Shown here: piece after piece, positions 1 through 9,599 of the stretch
How positions within the stretch are numbered: position 1 is the first letter of the stretch
How the letters are laid out: every line of letters starts with the position of its first letter
Assembly: GCA_964383935.1 (NCBI GenBank)
Contig: CAYLIE010000005.1
Location: 24,566-88,565 of the forward strand
Direction of reading: 5' to 3'
DNA: 64,000 nucleotides
Source of the DNA: an uncultured Anaerolineales bacterium
GTDB taxonomy: Bacteria; Chloroflexota; Anaerolineae; UBA7937
Translations under genes and position numbers: made by a program
The notes under the pieces: model-generated
Databases searched by the model: none
The model's input: the letters and a program-made list of their open reading frames with translations, nothing else
What the model was told of the DNA's origin: nothing

Positions 1-1517
1 ATAGGGTATTCGATCTGGGGCTCTTTCACCCTGCCGAAGTCGTAAAACCCTTCTGGCAACTCCTGAGCATGGGAAAGGCCTCGTTGTAGGAGGATATACC
101 CCTCCTTGGCGGCCAAGATGCCGAACCCTTCCTCGCCGAGAAGGGTATCAAAGAGCCTCTTTTGATCGTTGGGATGGATGGGCCAAGAATCGGCGCTCAC
201 ATCGAAGAAGACGTACTCGGCGTCCTCCACCTTGGGGAACATATAGATCTTCGGCCTCCGGCTCAGATGGGGGTTCAACCTGGACTGGGCGGAGACGATA
301 GCTCCCTCTGGTATCAAGGCCATAAGCTCCTTGGCCAAGCGATGATGGGAGGTGACCCTTGGGATCTGGAAACCCGCGGCCAGGGGAGTGAAACCATGGC
401 CCCGGTGGTAAAGGAGGGTGGAGATGAGTACCAAGGCCGATGCTAGGTATAGAAGGGTTTGCCGCTTCACCCCCAGACGGGGGGATAGGTGCACCACCAA
501 ATAGTCAATCCCCAGGATAGCGGAGAGGACGACAAAAGGGACTAGAGGCGCCGCGTAATGGAACTTCTCCAAGGTGTAGAATTCGGACTTGGTGCTCAAA
601 AGGTTGATGGCCAAGGTGGGGGCAAAGAGGAGGAGAACCTGGGGGGCCAGGAGGGAAAAGAAGGCCACGGGGGCCAAAAGGCCCCACAGGTAGAGAGCCT
701 TATCCTTGATAAAGAGATTGGAGATGACCAGATCCGGCCTAGTCAGAAGGCCCTTCAATATCCCAAAGGGGCCTCCTCCTAAGTAGCCATAGGCCGCAAG
801 GTAGGGCGACTCCCCCTCAGGGTTATAATGAGGGATCATGATATAGACCGCTACGATAAACCAAGTCACCCCCAGGGAGATAGCGGTCAGCCCTACTCGC
901 CAGTCGTGCTGCACAACGAGGGCATATAGCCCCATCATTATCACCAGAAGTGGCATCTCCTCCTTACAAGCCATAACCAAGAAGGAGAAGAGGAAGAACC
1001 ACGGGTACTTCCTCTTCCATAGATAGTAGAAAGCGTAAAGGAGAAGAGGGGCCGCTATAGTGGTAGGGTGAAAGTCGAACATGTTGGCCGCCTCTAGGGC
1101 CGGGAAGAGGAGGTAAACTAGGGGGAAGACCAGGGTAACCAGACTCTCCCCGAACATCTCCTTGGCTAGCCAAAAAAGAGGCAAGGCCCCTAAGGCTACG
1201 ACCAGCGTCTGGAATACGAGAAGCGTCTTGGGGTCGCTATAGAGGAGATAGAGAGGGGAGATGAGAATTAAGATGGGGTCCACATGGTAGGCCAGACGAG
1301 TCCCCTCCTCCCCCCAGTTGGTGAAGGGCAAGAAGCGGCCTCGCAGGCTGTTCCAGACCGCCTGATCCATATTGCCCAGGTCGAAGGCGGTGGTCTGAAA
1401 AGCCTCGTGTTTGAGAATGGCAAGGGTGCTGAAAAGGGCTATATAGAGGAGCACCATCCCCCAAAAGAGACCCCTCACCAGCCGTCTGTGACCCAGCACC
1501 GATGACACCCTATCCAT
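1..1517 (-). CDS. DUF2079-like multi-pass membrane protein (GT-C superfamily), 3'-partial at window edge
   Basis: Not in the ORF track because it runs off the edge. Hand translation from ATG at 1517 (overlaps upstream TAG, SD GAGGTGG): MDRVSSVLGHRRLVRGLFWGMVLLYIALFSTLAILKHEAFQTTAFDLGNMDQAVWNSLRG...HVDPILILISPLY. The same frame reads LPEGFYDFGRVKEPQIEYP at the edge. The FDLG-x-x-DQA-W motif is typical of DUF2079. Confidence 0.8.
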   Translation of the reverse strand, partial: MDRVSSVLGHRRLVRGLFWGMVLLYIALFSTLAILKHEAFQTTAFDLGNMDQAVWNSLRGRFLPFTNWGEEGTRLAYHVDPILILISPLYLLYSDPKTLLVFQTLVVALGALPLFWLAKEMFGESLVTLVFPLVYLLFPALEAANMFDFHPTTIAAPLLLYAFYYLWKRKYPWFFLFSFLVMACKEEMPLLVIMMGLYALVVQHDWRVGLTAISLGVTWFIVAVYIMIPHYNPEGESPYLAAYGYLGGGPFGILKGLLTRPDLVISNLFIKDKALYLWGLLAPVAFFSLLAPQVLLLFAPTLAINLLSTKSEFYTLEKFHYAAPLVPFVVLSAILGIDYLVVHLSPRLGVKRQTLLYLASALVLISTLLYHRGHGFTPLAAGFQIPRVTSHHRLAKELMALIPEGAIVSAQSRLNPHLSRRPKIYMFPKVEDAEYVFFDVSADSWPIHPNDQKRLFDTLLGEEGFGILAAKEGYILLQRGLSHAQELPEGFYDFGRVKEPQIEYP

Positions 1518-4167
1518 CCACCACCTCTACTGTCCCCAATGAAACCCTATCACCTATCACCCAGCCGCCCTGGCCTACAATAGGCAGCCGCTCCCCGCTT
1601 ACGGGATCATACATCCCCACCACTAACTCATAGCTCCCAGAAAGCGTACCTTCACTCACCAATATCCCATACCTGTCCACTATCTCCTCGCCTATCTCCC
1701 ATCCCGTCGTCGGCTTAGAACCCCCCACTGGCTCGCTATCCCTCTGAGCCACCAACCTCCCTGCCCCATCCATCAGATGCACAAATACCTTATAGTCCTT
1801 GCTTACCTCTCCGCTAGCCTCCCAATATAGCGTCAACCTCATTACCTCTCCGACCTTCACCTCCTCATCCCACAGCCTATAACCCAGAAGCGTGACCTCT
1901 TCCCCCAAGTTCAACCGCAGGGGTTGCTCTGTGGCCACCCCTTCTCGCCCGAAAGATGTGCCATAGAGCACTAATCGCACCCCTCCATACCACCTCTCCC
2001 AAGCCCGATACCCATGCCGATTCAACCACCCCTCCACAGAATGCATCTCCTCTATCTCTCCCTCATCCCAAAACACGCCAAAAATACGACCATGCCGAGA
2101 GACGATCTCTTCTAACTCCCCCTCCATCTCCTCAGCTGATGCTCCCTCCCTAGGAAGGGGATAGATCCCTACATCTCCCCTCCAATATCGAGCCAATACC
2201 TCCACCTGCTCGGGAGGAACGATGATCATACCATCTCCTTCCCTGGCTAGGCTATCGACCCCCTCCCCTATGCCTCTATAATCGTCAGGGTTATATCCCC
2301 CAGCCAGGTGATACCTCTTCCGATAGAGATATACCGTCTCCCCATTCGGTAATGGATACTCCTCCGCCAACTGGAAGATCTCTTGGAAGAAGGCTGGACT
2401 CTCCCGCAACCGTTCCATGGCCTCTCTTGCATCTTCGTTTAGCCCAACGTATGAACCGCCTTTGAACACCACGTAGTCACACTCGAAAAGCTTGGGATAT
2501 ATGGGCGGTTCCTCCTGTCCTCGAGCCAAATTGCGAAGTTCTATCCCCGCATATTGCTCCTCGCTCATGATCAGGTACCCGAGAAGGATAGGGTTCAGAT
2601 AGCGGCGGCTTATAAGCACCCCCAATTCTACCCTCTCCCTTCCCTCTGTACCCATCTCCTCCTTTATCAAGTCTAAGATGCGGGGGGCGATCCAGTAGGC
2701 CTTATCGGTGGGTCCAGAGGCGGGAAGGACCCCTTCGACAAAGAGGTTCAGACGCCCAAAGAGCGGCAGATTTAAGATCGCCCCCTCGCGCAGCCCTTCG
2801 AAGCCGTCGTAGGAGAGAGCAAAGAATTCAACCATCCCCACCGAGATTAAAGCCACAATTAGCAACCCTTTCAGCATCGTTTTTCTCACTTTGAAAAAGC
2901 CCTGGGCGGCGACGATGGCTGCCGAGGGGAGAAGAGCCACATCGAAGCGGGGGTTCTTGGTCAGAGAGAAGGTGAAGATGAGGAAAGGAACCACAAACCA
3001 GAGAACGAGGATCCAACTGCTGTCGCTGATCCTCTGCAGCCCCTCCCTAAAAGAGCCTCCCTTCCAATAATAAAGGGATATAAGGAGGGCCACCAGGAGG
3101 GCAAAGAAGTAGAGGGGTGACATCTGCTCAAAAACCAGATAATGGAGATAGCGGGTATAGGCGTGGGACTCCAGAAAGGTGAACTCCCGCCCCTCTATAT
3201 TCACCCCCCCATAGGCCACGACAAAAAACCGACGGAGGTAGTCGATATTGGGCAACGACCAGATCGAGCCCACCACCATCCCTAAAAAGAGGGCACTCAA
3301 GAGGTTCGTCCCCTGGCTTGCTTTCCGAGAGAGGAGATAGAAGGTGGAGGCCACCAGCGCCCAGGAGATGGGAAGGAGCCAGGGACCCAAAAGGAAGCGA
3401 AGCACCTGATCCCAATTGGGCAGATACCAAACGGTAACCAGGATGAAGCCGACCACCATATGCACCCCAGGGGAACTCAAAAGGCAGATCAGGAGAGAGG
3501 ATTCTTTCCTCCTCTGCCTGAAAGATCTCAGGTCCCGTATGGCTCCTGATCTGACGATCACATACACCACTGGTCCGGCTACGAAGGCCAGAAACTGCCA
3601 CTTGATCAAAAGCCCCAACCCAAAGGTGAGCCCGAAAAGCAGGGAATGCAGCCGGTCCCGAAAGCGATCTGCCTTGAGTAGGAAGTAGATGTTTAGGGCC
3701 ACCATGGCCGTAAGGGGAAAGTCAGGGTAGAGGGTGCGGGAGAGGTGGAAGAGAAAAGGGTAGGTGGAAACCAAGAAGGCAGACAGCAGCCCCACTCCAG
3801 AGCCATAGAGCCTCTTCCCTATCCCATAGACTGAGAAAAGGAGAATGGCGATGTAGAAAGAGTTGCTCATCAGGGCCACATCGGTGGAGACGCCAAAGAG
3901 ACGGTACAAGAGCACGGCAGGAAGCCAGGGCAAGGGGGGGCGGTTCCAAGACCAAGTGAAGGCCTGAAAGAGACTCCGTATATCTATCTCCTTCAATATA
4001 TTATTGTAGACGATGGTCTTGCCCAGGTGGGAGATGGGATCCCAACCGAGAAGGGTCACGTTAGCCCGGAAATAGAACCAGTTGTTGACCCAGTGGAAGA
4101 CCACCAAGGACCCCACAATCAGGGGGTAGAGCCATCGAGGCTCGATAAATGGCCTATCCCGCTTCAT
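1510..4167 (-). CDS. GT-C fold (ArnT/PMT-like) membrane glycosyltransferase with C-terminal extracytoplasmic Ig-like domain
   Basis: 885 aa. Many TM segments, WD acidic motif in the first outer loop (LGWDPISHL), LIKWQF and NPRFDVALLP motifs. C-terminal LTLYW...DYKVFVHL...PTTGW..GE...D.Y...G.Y.LVVGMYD domain. Confidence 0.85.
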   Translation of the reverse strand: MKRDRPFIEPRWLYPLIVGSLVVFHWVNNWFYFRANVTLLGWDPISHLGKTIVYNNILKEIDIRSLFQAFTWSWNRPPLPWLPAVLLYRLFGVSTDVALMSNSFYIAILLFSVYGIGKRLYGSGVGLLSAFLVSTYPFLFHLSRTLYPDFPLTAMVALNIYFLLKADRFRDRLHSLLFGLTFGLGLLIKWQFLAFVAGPVVYVIVRSGAIRDLRSFRQRRKESSLLICLLSSPGVHMVVGFILVTVWYLPNWDQVLRFLLGPWLLPISWALVASTFYLLSRKASQGTNLLSALFLGMVVGSIWSLPNIDYLRRFFVVAYGGVNIEGREFTFLESHAYTRYLHYLVFEQMSPLYFFALLVALLISLYYWKGGSFREGLQRISDSSWILVLWFVVPFLIFTFSLTKNPRFDVALLPSAAIVAAQGFFKVRKTMLKGLLIVALISVGMVEFFALSYDGFEGLREGAILNLPLFGRLNLFVEGVLPASGPTDKAYWIAPRILDLIKEEMGTEGRERVELGVLISRRYLNPILLGYLIMSEEQYAGIELRNLARGQEEPPIYPKLFECDYVVFKGGSYVGLNEDAREAMERLRESPAFFQEIFQLAEEYPLPNGETVYLYRKRYHLAGGYNPDDYRGIGEGVDSLAREGDGMIIVPPEQVEVLARYWRGDVGIYPLPREGASAEEMEGELEEIVSRHGRIFGVFWDEGEIEEMHSVEGWLNRHGYRAWERWYGGVRLVLYGTSFGREGVATEQPLRLNLGEEVTLLGYRLWDEEVKVGEVMRLTLYWEASGEVSKDYKVFVHLMDGAGRLVAQRDSEPVGGSKPTTGWEIGEEIVDRYGILVSEGTLSGSYELVVGMYDPVSGERLPIVGQGGWVIGDRVSLGTVEVVDG

Positions 4168-4192
4168 AAGACCTACTCCCCACCTACGATCT

Positions 4193-4524
4193 CTAAGGTT
4201 TCGATACCATCACCCCCAGCCCCATACGAAAATCGTCTCCCACATCCCAAGGGGGGGGCTCCATCCTCACTATCTCGCCCACTTTCCATCTGCTAGCAGG
4301 ATACCAGAGAGCCTTAATCATCAGCCTAAAGGTAGTTCTTCGATGCCCCTCTTCATCATAGAAGAAAGGGTAATCGTAAAACACCTCTGGCAACTCCTGA
4401 GCATCGGAAAGGCCTCATTGTAGATCGCCAGCCAAAATACGCCGAAACCCTGGGCGATCAAGCCCCCGGCGCGCCCCATAACATCCGACCAACCTCTTCC
4501 CAAGATGCGCCGTGAAGCGTTCAT
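4193..4524 (-). pseudogene. Degenerate relic of the C-terminal part of the DUF2079-like gene
   Basis: 4375-4423 matches 41-89 at 45/49 nt. The codon CGA at 81-83 is TGA at 4415-4417, and there is an upstream frameshift (GFGV in one frame, LPEVFYDY in another). Confidence 0.75.
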
Positions 4525-4528
4525 CTCC

Positions 4529-6901
4529 CTACTCCCCACCCACCGGTATCTCTCCTAGAGAGATGAAATCGCTGATCACTTCTCCGGTTTCGTCCAAGAG
4601 GGGCAACCGTTCCATCGTGGAAAGGAGGTACATACCTGCCAGCAACCGGTACTCTCCCCACGGCGCATCGGGCTTTACTGAAACGGAATGCTCATCGACC
4701 ACCATATCTCCCAGGTCCCAGTAAGAGGTAGGATAGAAGCCATGCCGGGGCTGGCTATCCTCTTGACCCCAAATCAGATCATCATCCCCCGCCAGGTGAA
4801 CGAAGACGGTATAATCCTCATCGATGACCCCCTCGGCTCGCCAGTATAAAGTTAAGGGGAAAGCCTCGCCTGGTCGTACGTTCGACTGAGGCAAGTCATA
4901 TCCTAGAAGGGTAATTACCCCCCCCAGGTTGGCCTCCAGCCGATGACTGGGCTCAGCCACCACACCCCCAGAGAGGTGGATGAAATCGAGGGTCATCTTG
5001 TCCCCCACCACATCCCCTTTTGAGCCAAGGATGGAGAGGCGATCCTGGGTATCGGCCTCATAGAGGCCTAGATCCAGCCGGTATAGACCCGGCTGAGCGC
5101 TCTCGGGCAAGGAGAGCCGATGTCTATCCCGCACCACCTCCTCCGGTGGCCAGAAAGCCGGTGGGTAGAGGGCCTGCAAGGGCTCCTTGTCATCCTGGGC
5201 TACCCGCTCCCCGTCCTCGCCTACCAGATGCAAGAAGACCACGTACTCCTTTTGGGGGTCCAGCGCCTGCCAGAAGAGGGTCGCCTCCAACTCGTCACCG
5301 GGGTCGATCTCGTCGGCAAGTAGCTCATACCCTCGAAGCACCATCCGCCCCTCGAAATCAACCGCCAAAGGCTGACGCACCGCTGGAGCGGGCCGCCGTC
5401 GATACCCCTCGGAAAAGAAGACCATGGTGCCCCGTTCCTCGCAGACCAGATCCATCTGATCCAAAACCAACTCCACGAACTCCACATCATACCGAGATTG
5501 GAACCGCCAGCCATCGACTACCAACCAAAGCCGCTTCCCCTCCTTGAGGAGCCTCTCTAACTGAGTTGTGGTATTGAGGAGCTCAGCTCCCGTCCAGCGG
5601 TCAACCAGACGCCCTTCCTCCTCCATAACATAGAACTCGTAACCCCTCTGGATGGTGTAGTAGTCCGCCCGACCCAGGTAGAGCCGGCTGGCCGGCGGGA
5701 TGATGGTCAAAGCCAAGTCATCTGCTTTCCTACGTTCCTGTACATAGCGAAAGGCCAGGTCGTAGCCCCATTCCTGTCGGTAGGCCTCATCCCAGCCCAC
5801 TAGGGCGGTGAAGAGAACGACCAGAACCACGAGCAGAGGCATAACCCACAAGGATGGCCGAGGTGGCAACCCAGTTGGGAATCCAGAGAGCAATCGAACC
5901 ATCAACTCGTTCAATCCCGCCCCAGCCAGAAGAAAGAAGAGGGGCAACACCATAAAAGCGTAACGGGGATCCCGCCACGTGGCCCCGGTCAAAAAGATGA
6001 GCACCACCATGATGGAACCGAAGATGGCGAGAAGATAGCGGGTAGCCACTCCATGCCGTCGCAGGAGGAAAGGGAGACCCAAGATCAAGAGGATAGTCGC
6101 CGGAAGCCGCCAGGGCTCTAGGAAAAAGGGGGCGAAGGCGCGCAACCCTCCCCACCACTTCTGAGGCAGGAGAAGGAGGGGACGCTCTTCTTGGATGGTT
6201 TCCAGATGGCCCGGCTGACCCACCAGGTTCAGGAGAAAGATAGCCCCTATGGCTACCCCTCCCAAGAGGAAAAGCGATAGGTTCTCCCTTCTGACCAGCC
6301 AACGGAGGCCCCGCTCCAGGCCCAAGGCCAGTGCTAGAGCGGGCCACAACAGCGCCGCCTCAGCGTGAGCGAGGAGAGCGCCTACGAAAAGGGCTAGGCC
6401 CAGATATCGGTAACGGACCTTGTCCTGGGCCACGCCACCTTGGTAGAAAAGATATATAGCCGCCAAGGCCAAAAGTTGCAAAAGAGCGTACATCCGAGCC
6501 CGGCCGCTCCAGATTACAGCCTCGGGATCGGTGGCCAACCAGGCGGCCGCTAGAAGCCCCACTATGGGGGAGTAGAAACCACCACCCATCCGGTAGAGAA
6601 GAAGTATAGCCACCAGACCAAGGGCCACATTAGGGAGCCGAAGCAGGCCCTCCTGGAAACCAAAGAGACGAAGGAAAAGAGCCTCCAGGTAAGTGGAGAG
6701 GAGGCCATGACTATAGAGGTCCCCGGTGGGAAGGAGGGGAAGCCCTCGCTGGAGAACGTTCTTAGCCGCCCAGATGGTCATGAACTCGTCGAAGTAGAGG
6801 CTCACCTTGCCCACATAGAGGAGGCGTAAATAGAGACCCAAAATCACTAGGCCCAAAAGAAGGCAAACGAGGATGATCTGCTTCTTCCCTTCGCCTGACA
6901 T
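4529..6901 (-). CDS. GT-C fold membrane glycosyltransferase with two tandem C-terminal Ig-like domains
   Basis: ORF 4529..6925; likely ATG at 6901 (SD GAGGGG). SLYFDEF acidic loop motif, ARMYALL and DPRY motifs. Two copies of the LRGYEL/LLGYDL...LxW...YxVFxHL domain. Confidence 0.85.
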   Translation of the reverse strand: MSGEGKKQIILVCLLLGLVILGLYLRLLYVGKVSLYFDEFMTIWAAKNVLQRGLPLLPTGDLYSHGLLSTYLEALFLRLFGFQEGLLRLPNVALGLVAILLLYRMGGGFYSPIVGLLAAAWLATDPEAVIWSGRARMYALLQLLALAAIYLFYQGGVAQDKVRYRYLGLALFVGALLAHAEAALLWPALALALGLERGLRWLVRRENLSLFLLGGVAIGAIFLLNLVGQPGHLETIQEERPLLLLPQKWWGGLRAFAPFFLEPWRLPATILLILGLPFLLRRHGVATRYLLAIFGSIMVVLIFLTGATWRDPRYAFMVLPLFFLLAGAGLNELMVRLLSGFPTGLPPRPSLWVMPLLVVLVVLFTALVGWDEAYRQEWGYDLAFRYVQERRKADDLALTIIPPASRLYLGRADYYTIQRGYEFYVMEEEGRLVDRWTGAELLNTTTQLERLLKEGKRLWLVVDGWRFQSRYDVEFVELVLDQMDLVCEERGTMVFFSEGYRRRPAPAVRQPLAVDFEGRMVLRGYELLADEIDPGDELEATLFWQALDPQKEYVVFLHLVGEDGERVAQDDKEPLQALYPPAFWPPEEVVRDRHRLSLPESAQPGLYRLDLGLYEADTQDRLSILGSKGDVVGDKMTLDFIHLSGGVVAEPSHRLEANLGGVITLLGYDLPQSNVRPGEAFPLTLYWRAEGVIDEDYTVFVHLAGDDDLIWGQEDSQPRHGFYPTSYWDLGDMVVDEHSVSVKPDAPWGEYRLLAGMYLLSTMERLPLLDETGEVISDFISLGEIPVGGE

Positions 6902-6911
6902 CTCTATCCCC

Positions 6912-9599
6912 TCACTGGCTGACAACCCGAACCCTCCCTAATAACAGACTATCGCCCACTGCTCGCTCTCCACCATCCGATATGGAAAGACGTTCTCCGC
7001 TCTCTGGATCATAGACCCCCACTACTAGACTATACTCCCCTGGTGGGATCTCTGGCAAAAGAACACCGTGATGATCCTCTACCCTCTCACCAATCCGCCA
7101 ACCGCTTGTGGGCCGCACTCCCCCCATCGGCTGGCCATCATGCTGGGCCAGAATAGAACCATCCTCATCCCAGAGGTGAACGAAGACCTTGTAGTCAGTT
7201 GACACCCCACTTTCCACTTCCCAAAATAGGGTCAAAAGTAGGATGTCCCCTCCCTCCACCTCCTCCCTTGCCAGGTGGTACCCGGTAAGGAGTATCTCTT
7301 CCCCGAATTTGGCGCTGAGCGTCTCTTGACCGACCTCCGTAGAGGCTCCATAGAGCAGTAGACGCACATCTCCATACCAGGCCTCTAGAGCAGGGTAAGC
7401 GTTCTTCTTCAGCCACTCCTCCACATAGTGGCTAGAACCCTCCTCGCCCCAAAAGATAACGTAGATTCTATGGTGCCGGGCCACTATCTCCTCTAAGTTC
7501 TCCGCCACCTCTTCCTCATCAAAGGGCTGACTACTGGGCAACGGGTAAAAGGTGGCTCCCCCCTCATAGTAACGACCGAAGATCTCTATCTGACTCGGGC
7601 TGTCCAAAACGATAGCATCACCTTCCCTCTCTTCGCTTCCTAACTCCCGCATCAGGGCCTGATAGGCCTCTGGATCGTACCCCAGAGCCAACCGCCCCAC
7701 CTTCCGATAGAGGTAAACGATCTCTTTGCTGGGGAGTTCATACCACTGGGCCACTCGGAAGACCTGGTGGAAATAGTCCCCCTGGTCATGGAGCACCTTC
7801 TGAATAACCCTTTGGGTTTCGGCGCTGACTCGAGGGTTGGAGCCATCTTTCATCACCAGATAGTCACAGGCGAAAAGGCGAGGGTAGACCGGGAGGTCGT
7901 CTTTGGCCTGATTGATCTCCCATAGTTCCATCCCCTGGTATCCTCCGTACATAAGATAGTGGAGGGTGCTCTCATTCAGTTGGATCTCTCTGGCCAATAG
8001 CCCCAAGATAACTGGCTTCCCCTCCCGATCTTGGTCTACGAAATCCAAGATCTGTGGGGCTATCCAGTAGCCTGGATCCCTCACCCCTGAACTGGGGCGT
8101 TGAATGTGCACCCCTTGCGCCAAGAGGTTTAATCGCCCCACCCCCGGCACCTGTAGCATCACCTTTTCGTCCACCCAGGCCAGGGCATCGTAGGAGAGGA
8201 CAAAGTATTGAGCCAGGCCGGCCAGGGCAAAAAAGGAGATAAGCGCCACCCTAAGACCAAGACCCCTCAACCGTAGAAGGCCATGGGCGGTAATGATAGC
8301 CACGGGTGGTAGAAGTGCCACATCGAAGCGGGAGTTCATAGTGCGGGAGAAGGTAAATATCAGATAAGGAACAACCAACCAAAGGAGAAGAACCCACGCT
8401 TCTCCCTTCCTCCCCTGCAGCGAAAAGTTCCTTGCGCGGGAAAAGGCCAGGATGAGAAGAGCGATCAGGAAGGCAGCGAAGAAAAGGGGCGAAAGTTGCT
8501 CCCTGATCATAGCCTCTAGGTAGCGAGTATAAGTAGAAACATCCAGAAAGTCCAAACGCTCCCCTTTTAAATTGACCCCGCTATAGGCGGTAAAGAGAAA
8601 GCGGCGGAGGAATCCGATATTGGGTAGGGACCAAATGGAAGCGACGGTTACCCCCAAGGCTAGGGCGCTCAAGAGGTTCACCCCCTGACCAGGCCGTCGG
8701 GTGAGCACAAAAAAGGTGCTAGTCAGGAGAAACAAGGATAAAACGAAAAGCCACTGCCCGACCAGTAATTGTGACACCTGATCCCGATTCGGCAAGTACC
8801 AAGCGAGCGTCAGAAGGAAGGCCACCATGAGGTGAATTAAGGGAGAGGCCAACCAACGATCAACGGCTGAGGAGACCTTCGCTCTTAGTAACCCCCGCCC
8901 AAGATCACGAATGGCGCCCGAACTGAAGATCACGAAGGCTATCGGGCCTCCCGCGAAGGCAATGAAAGGCCATTTGGTGAGCATCCCTAAGCCTACACTC
9001 AAACCGAAGAGCAAAGAGAATTTGCGATTACGGAAGCCATCGCTGCATACCAAGAGATAGATGCTCAGGGCCACCATGGCTGTCAGAGCGTAGTCCGGAT
9101 AGGAGGTGCGAGAGAGGTTGAAGAGGATGGGAAAGAGAGAAACGAAGAAGGTCGCAAGAAGGCCCACCCCCTCATTGTAGATTCGATGACCCAGACCGTA
9201 GATGGCGAGAGTCAAGATGATTACAAAGACGGCGTTGCTCATCAACGCCACATCGGTGGATACTCCAAACAGCCTATAGAAAAGCGCCCCGGTAAGGAAG
9301 GGCAGGAGGGGCCTGTTCTGTTGCCAGGTCATGGCGGTGAAGATAGTTCGAGCATCGATCCGTTCAAGAAGATCGTAGTAGATCCGCATCTTCAGCAGGT
9401 GGGAAGGCCTGTCCCAGCCCAAGATAGTGACGCTGGTAGAGACCCAAAGCCAGTTGTTCACCACTTGGAAGGCCAAGAGGAGTAGGAGGGCTCCCCAATA
9501 GACCCCCACGCTCCGCAACCATCTTCTTACTTTGCCGCTCGAGGCGTTCAGTTCACTCCTCCCTAGCCGTGACTTGCAGAGGGCCGATGAAGATACCAT
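6912..9599 (-). CDS. GT-C fold membrane glycosyltransferase, close paralog of 1510..4167
   Basis: 895 aa ORF; true start probably near 9510-9550. LGWDRPSHL, GVSTDVALMSN, YPDYALTAMVAL and NSRFDVALLP align with the 1510 protein. One C-terminal Ig-like domain. Confidence 0.85.
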   Translation of the reverse strand: MVSSSALCKSRLGRSELNASSGKVRRWLRSVGVYWGALLLLLAFQVVNNWLWVSTSVTILGWDRPSHLLKMRIYYDLLERIDARTIFTAMTWQQNRPLLPFLTGALFYRLFGVSTDVALMSNAVFVIILTLAIYGLGHRIYNEGVGLLATFFVSLFPILFNLSRTSYPDYALTAMVALSIYLLVCSDGFRNRKFSLLFGLSVGLGMLTKWPFIAFAGGPIAFVIFSSGAIRDLGRGLLRAKVSSAVDRWLASPLIHLMVAFLLTLAWYLPNRDQVSQLLVGQWLFVLSLFLLTSTFFVLTRRPGQGVNLLSALALGVTVASIWSLPNIGFLRRFLFTAYSGVNLKGERLDFLDVSTYTRYLEAMIREQLSPLFFAAFLIALLILAFSRARNFSLQGRKGEAWVLLLWLVVPYLIFTFSRTMNSRFDVALLPPVAIITAHGLLRLRGLGLRVALISFFALAGLAQYFVLSYDALAWVDEKVMLQVPGVGRLNLLAQGVHIQRPSSGVRDPGYWIAPQILDFVDQDREGKPVILGLLAREIQLNESTLHYLMYGGYQGMELWEINQAKDDLPVYPRLFACDYLVMKDGSNPRVSAETQRVIQKVLHDQGDYFHQVFRVAQWYELPSKEIVYLYRKVGRLALGYDPEAYQALMRELGSEEREGDAIVLDSPSQIEIFGRYYEGGATFYPLPSSQPFDEEEVAENLEEIVARHHRIYVIFWGEEGSSHYVEEWLKKNAYPALEAWYGDVRLLLYGASTEVGQETLSAKFGEEILLTGYHLAREEVEGGDILLLTLFWEVESGVSTDYKVFVHLWDEDGSILAQHDGQPMGGVRPTSGWRIGERVEDHHGVLLPEIPPGEYSLVVGVYDPESGERLSISDGGERAVGDSLLLGRVRVVSQ

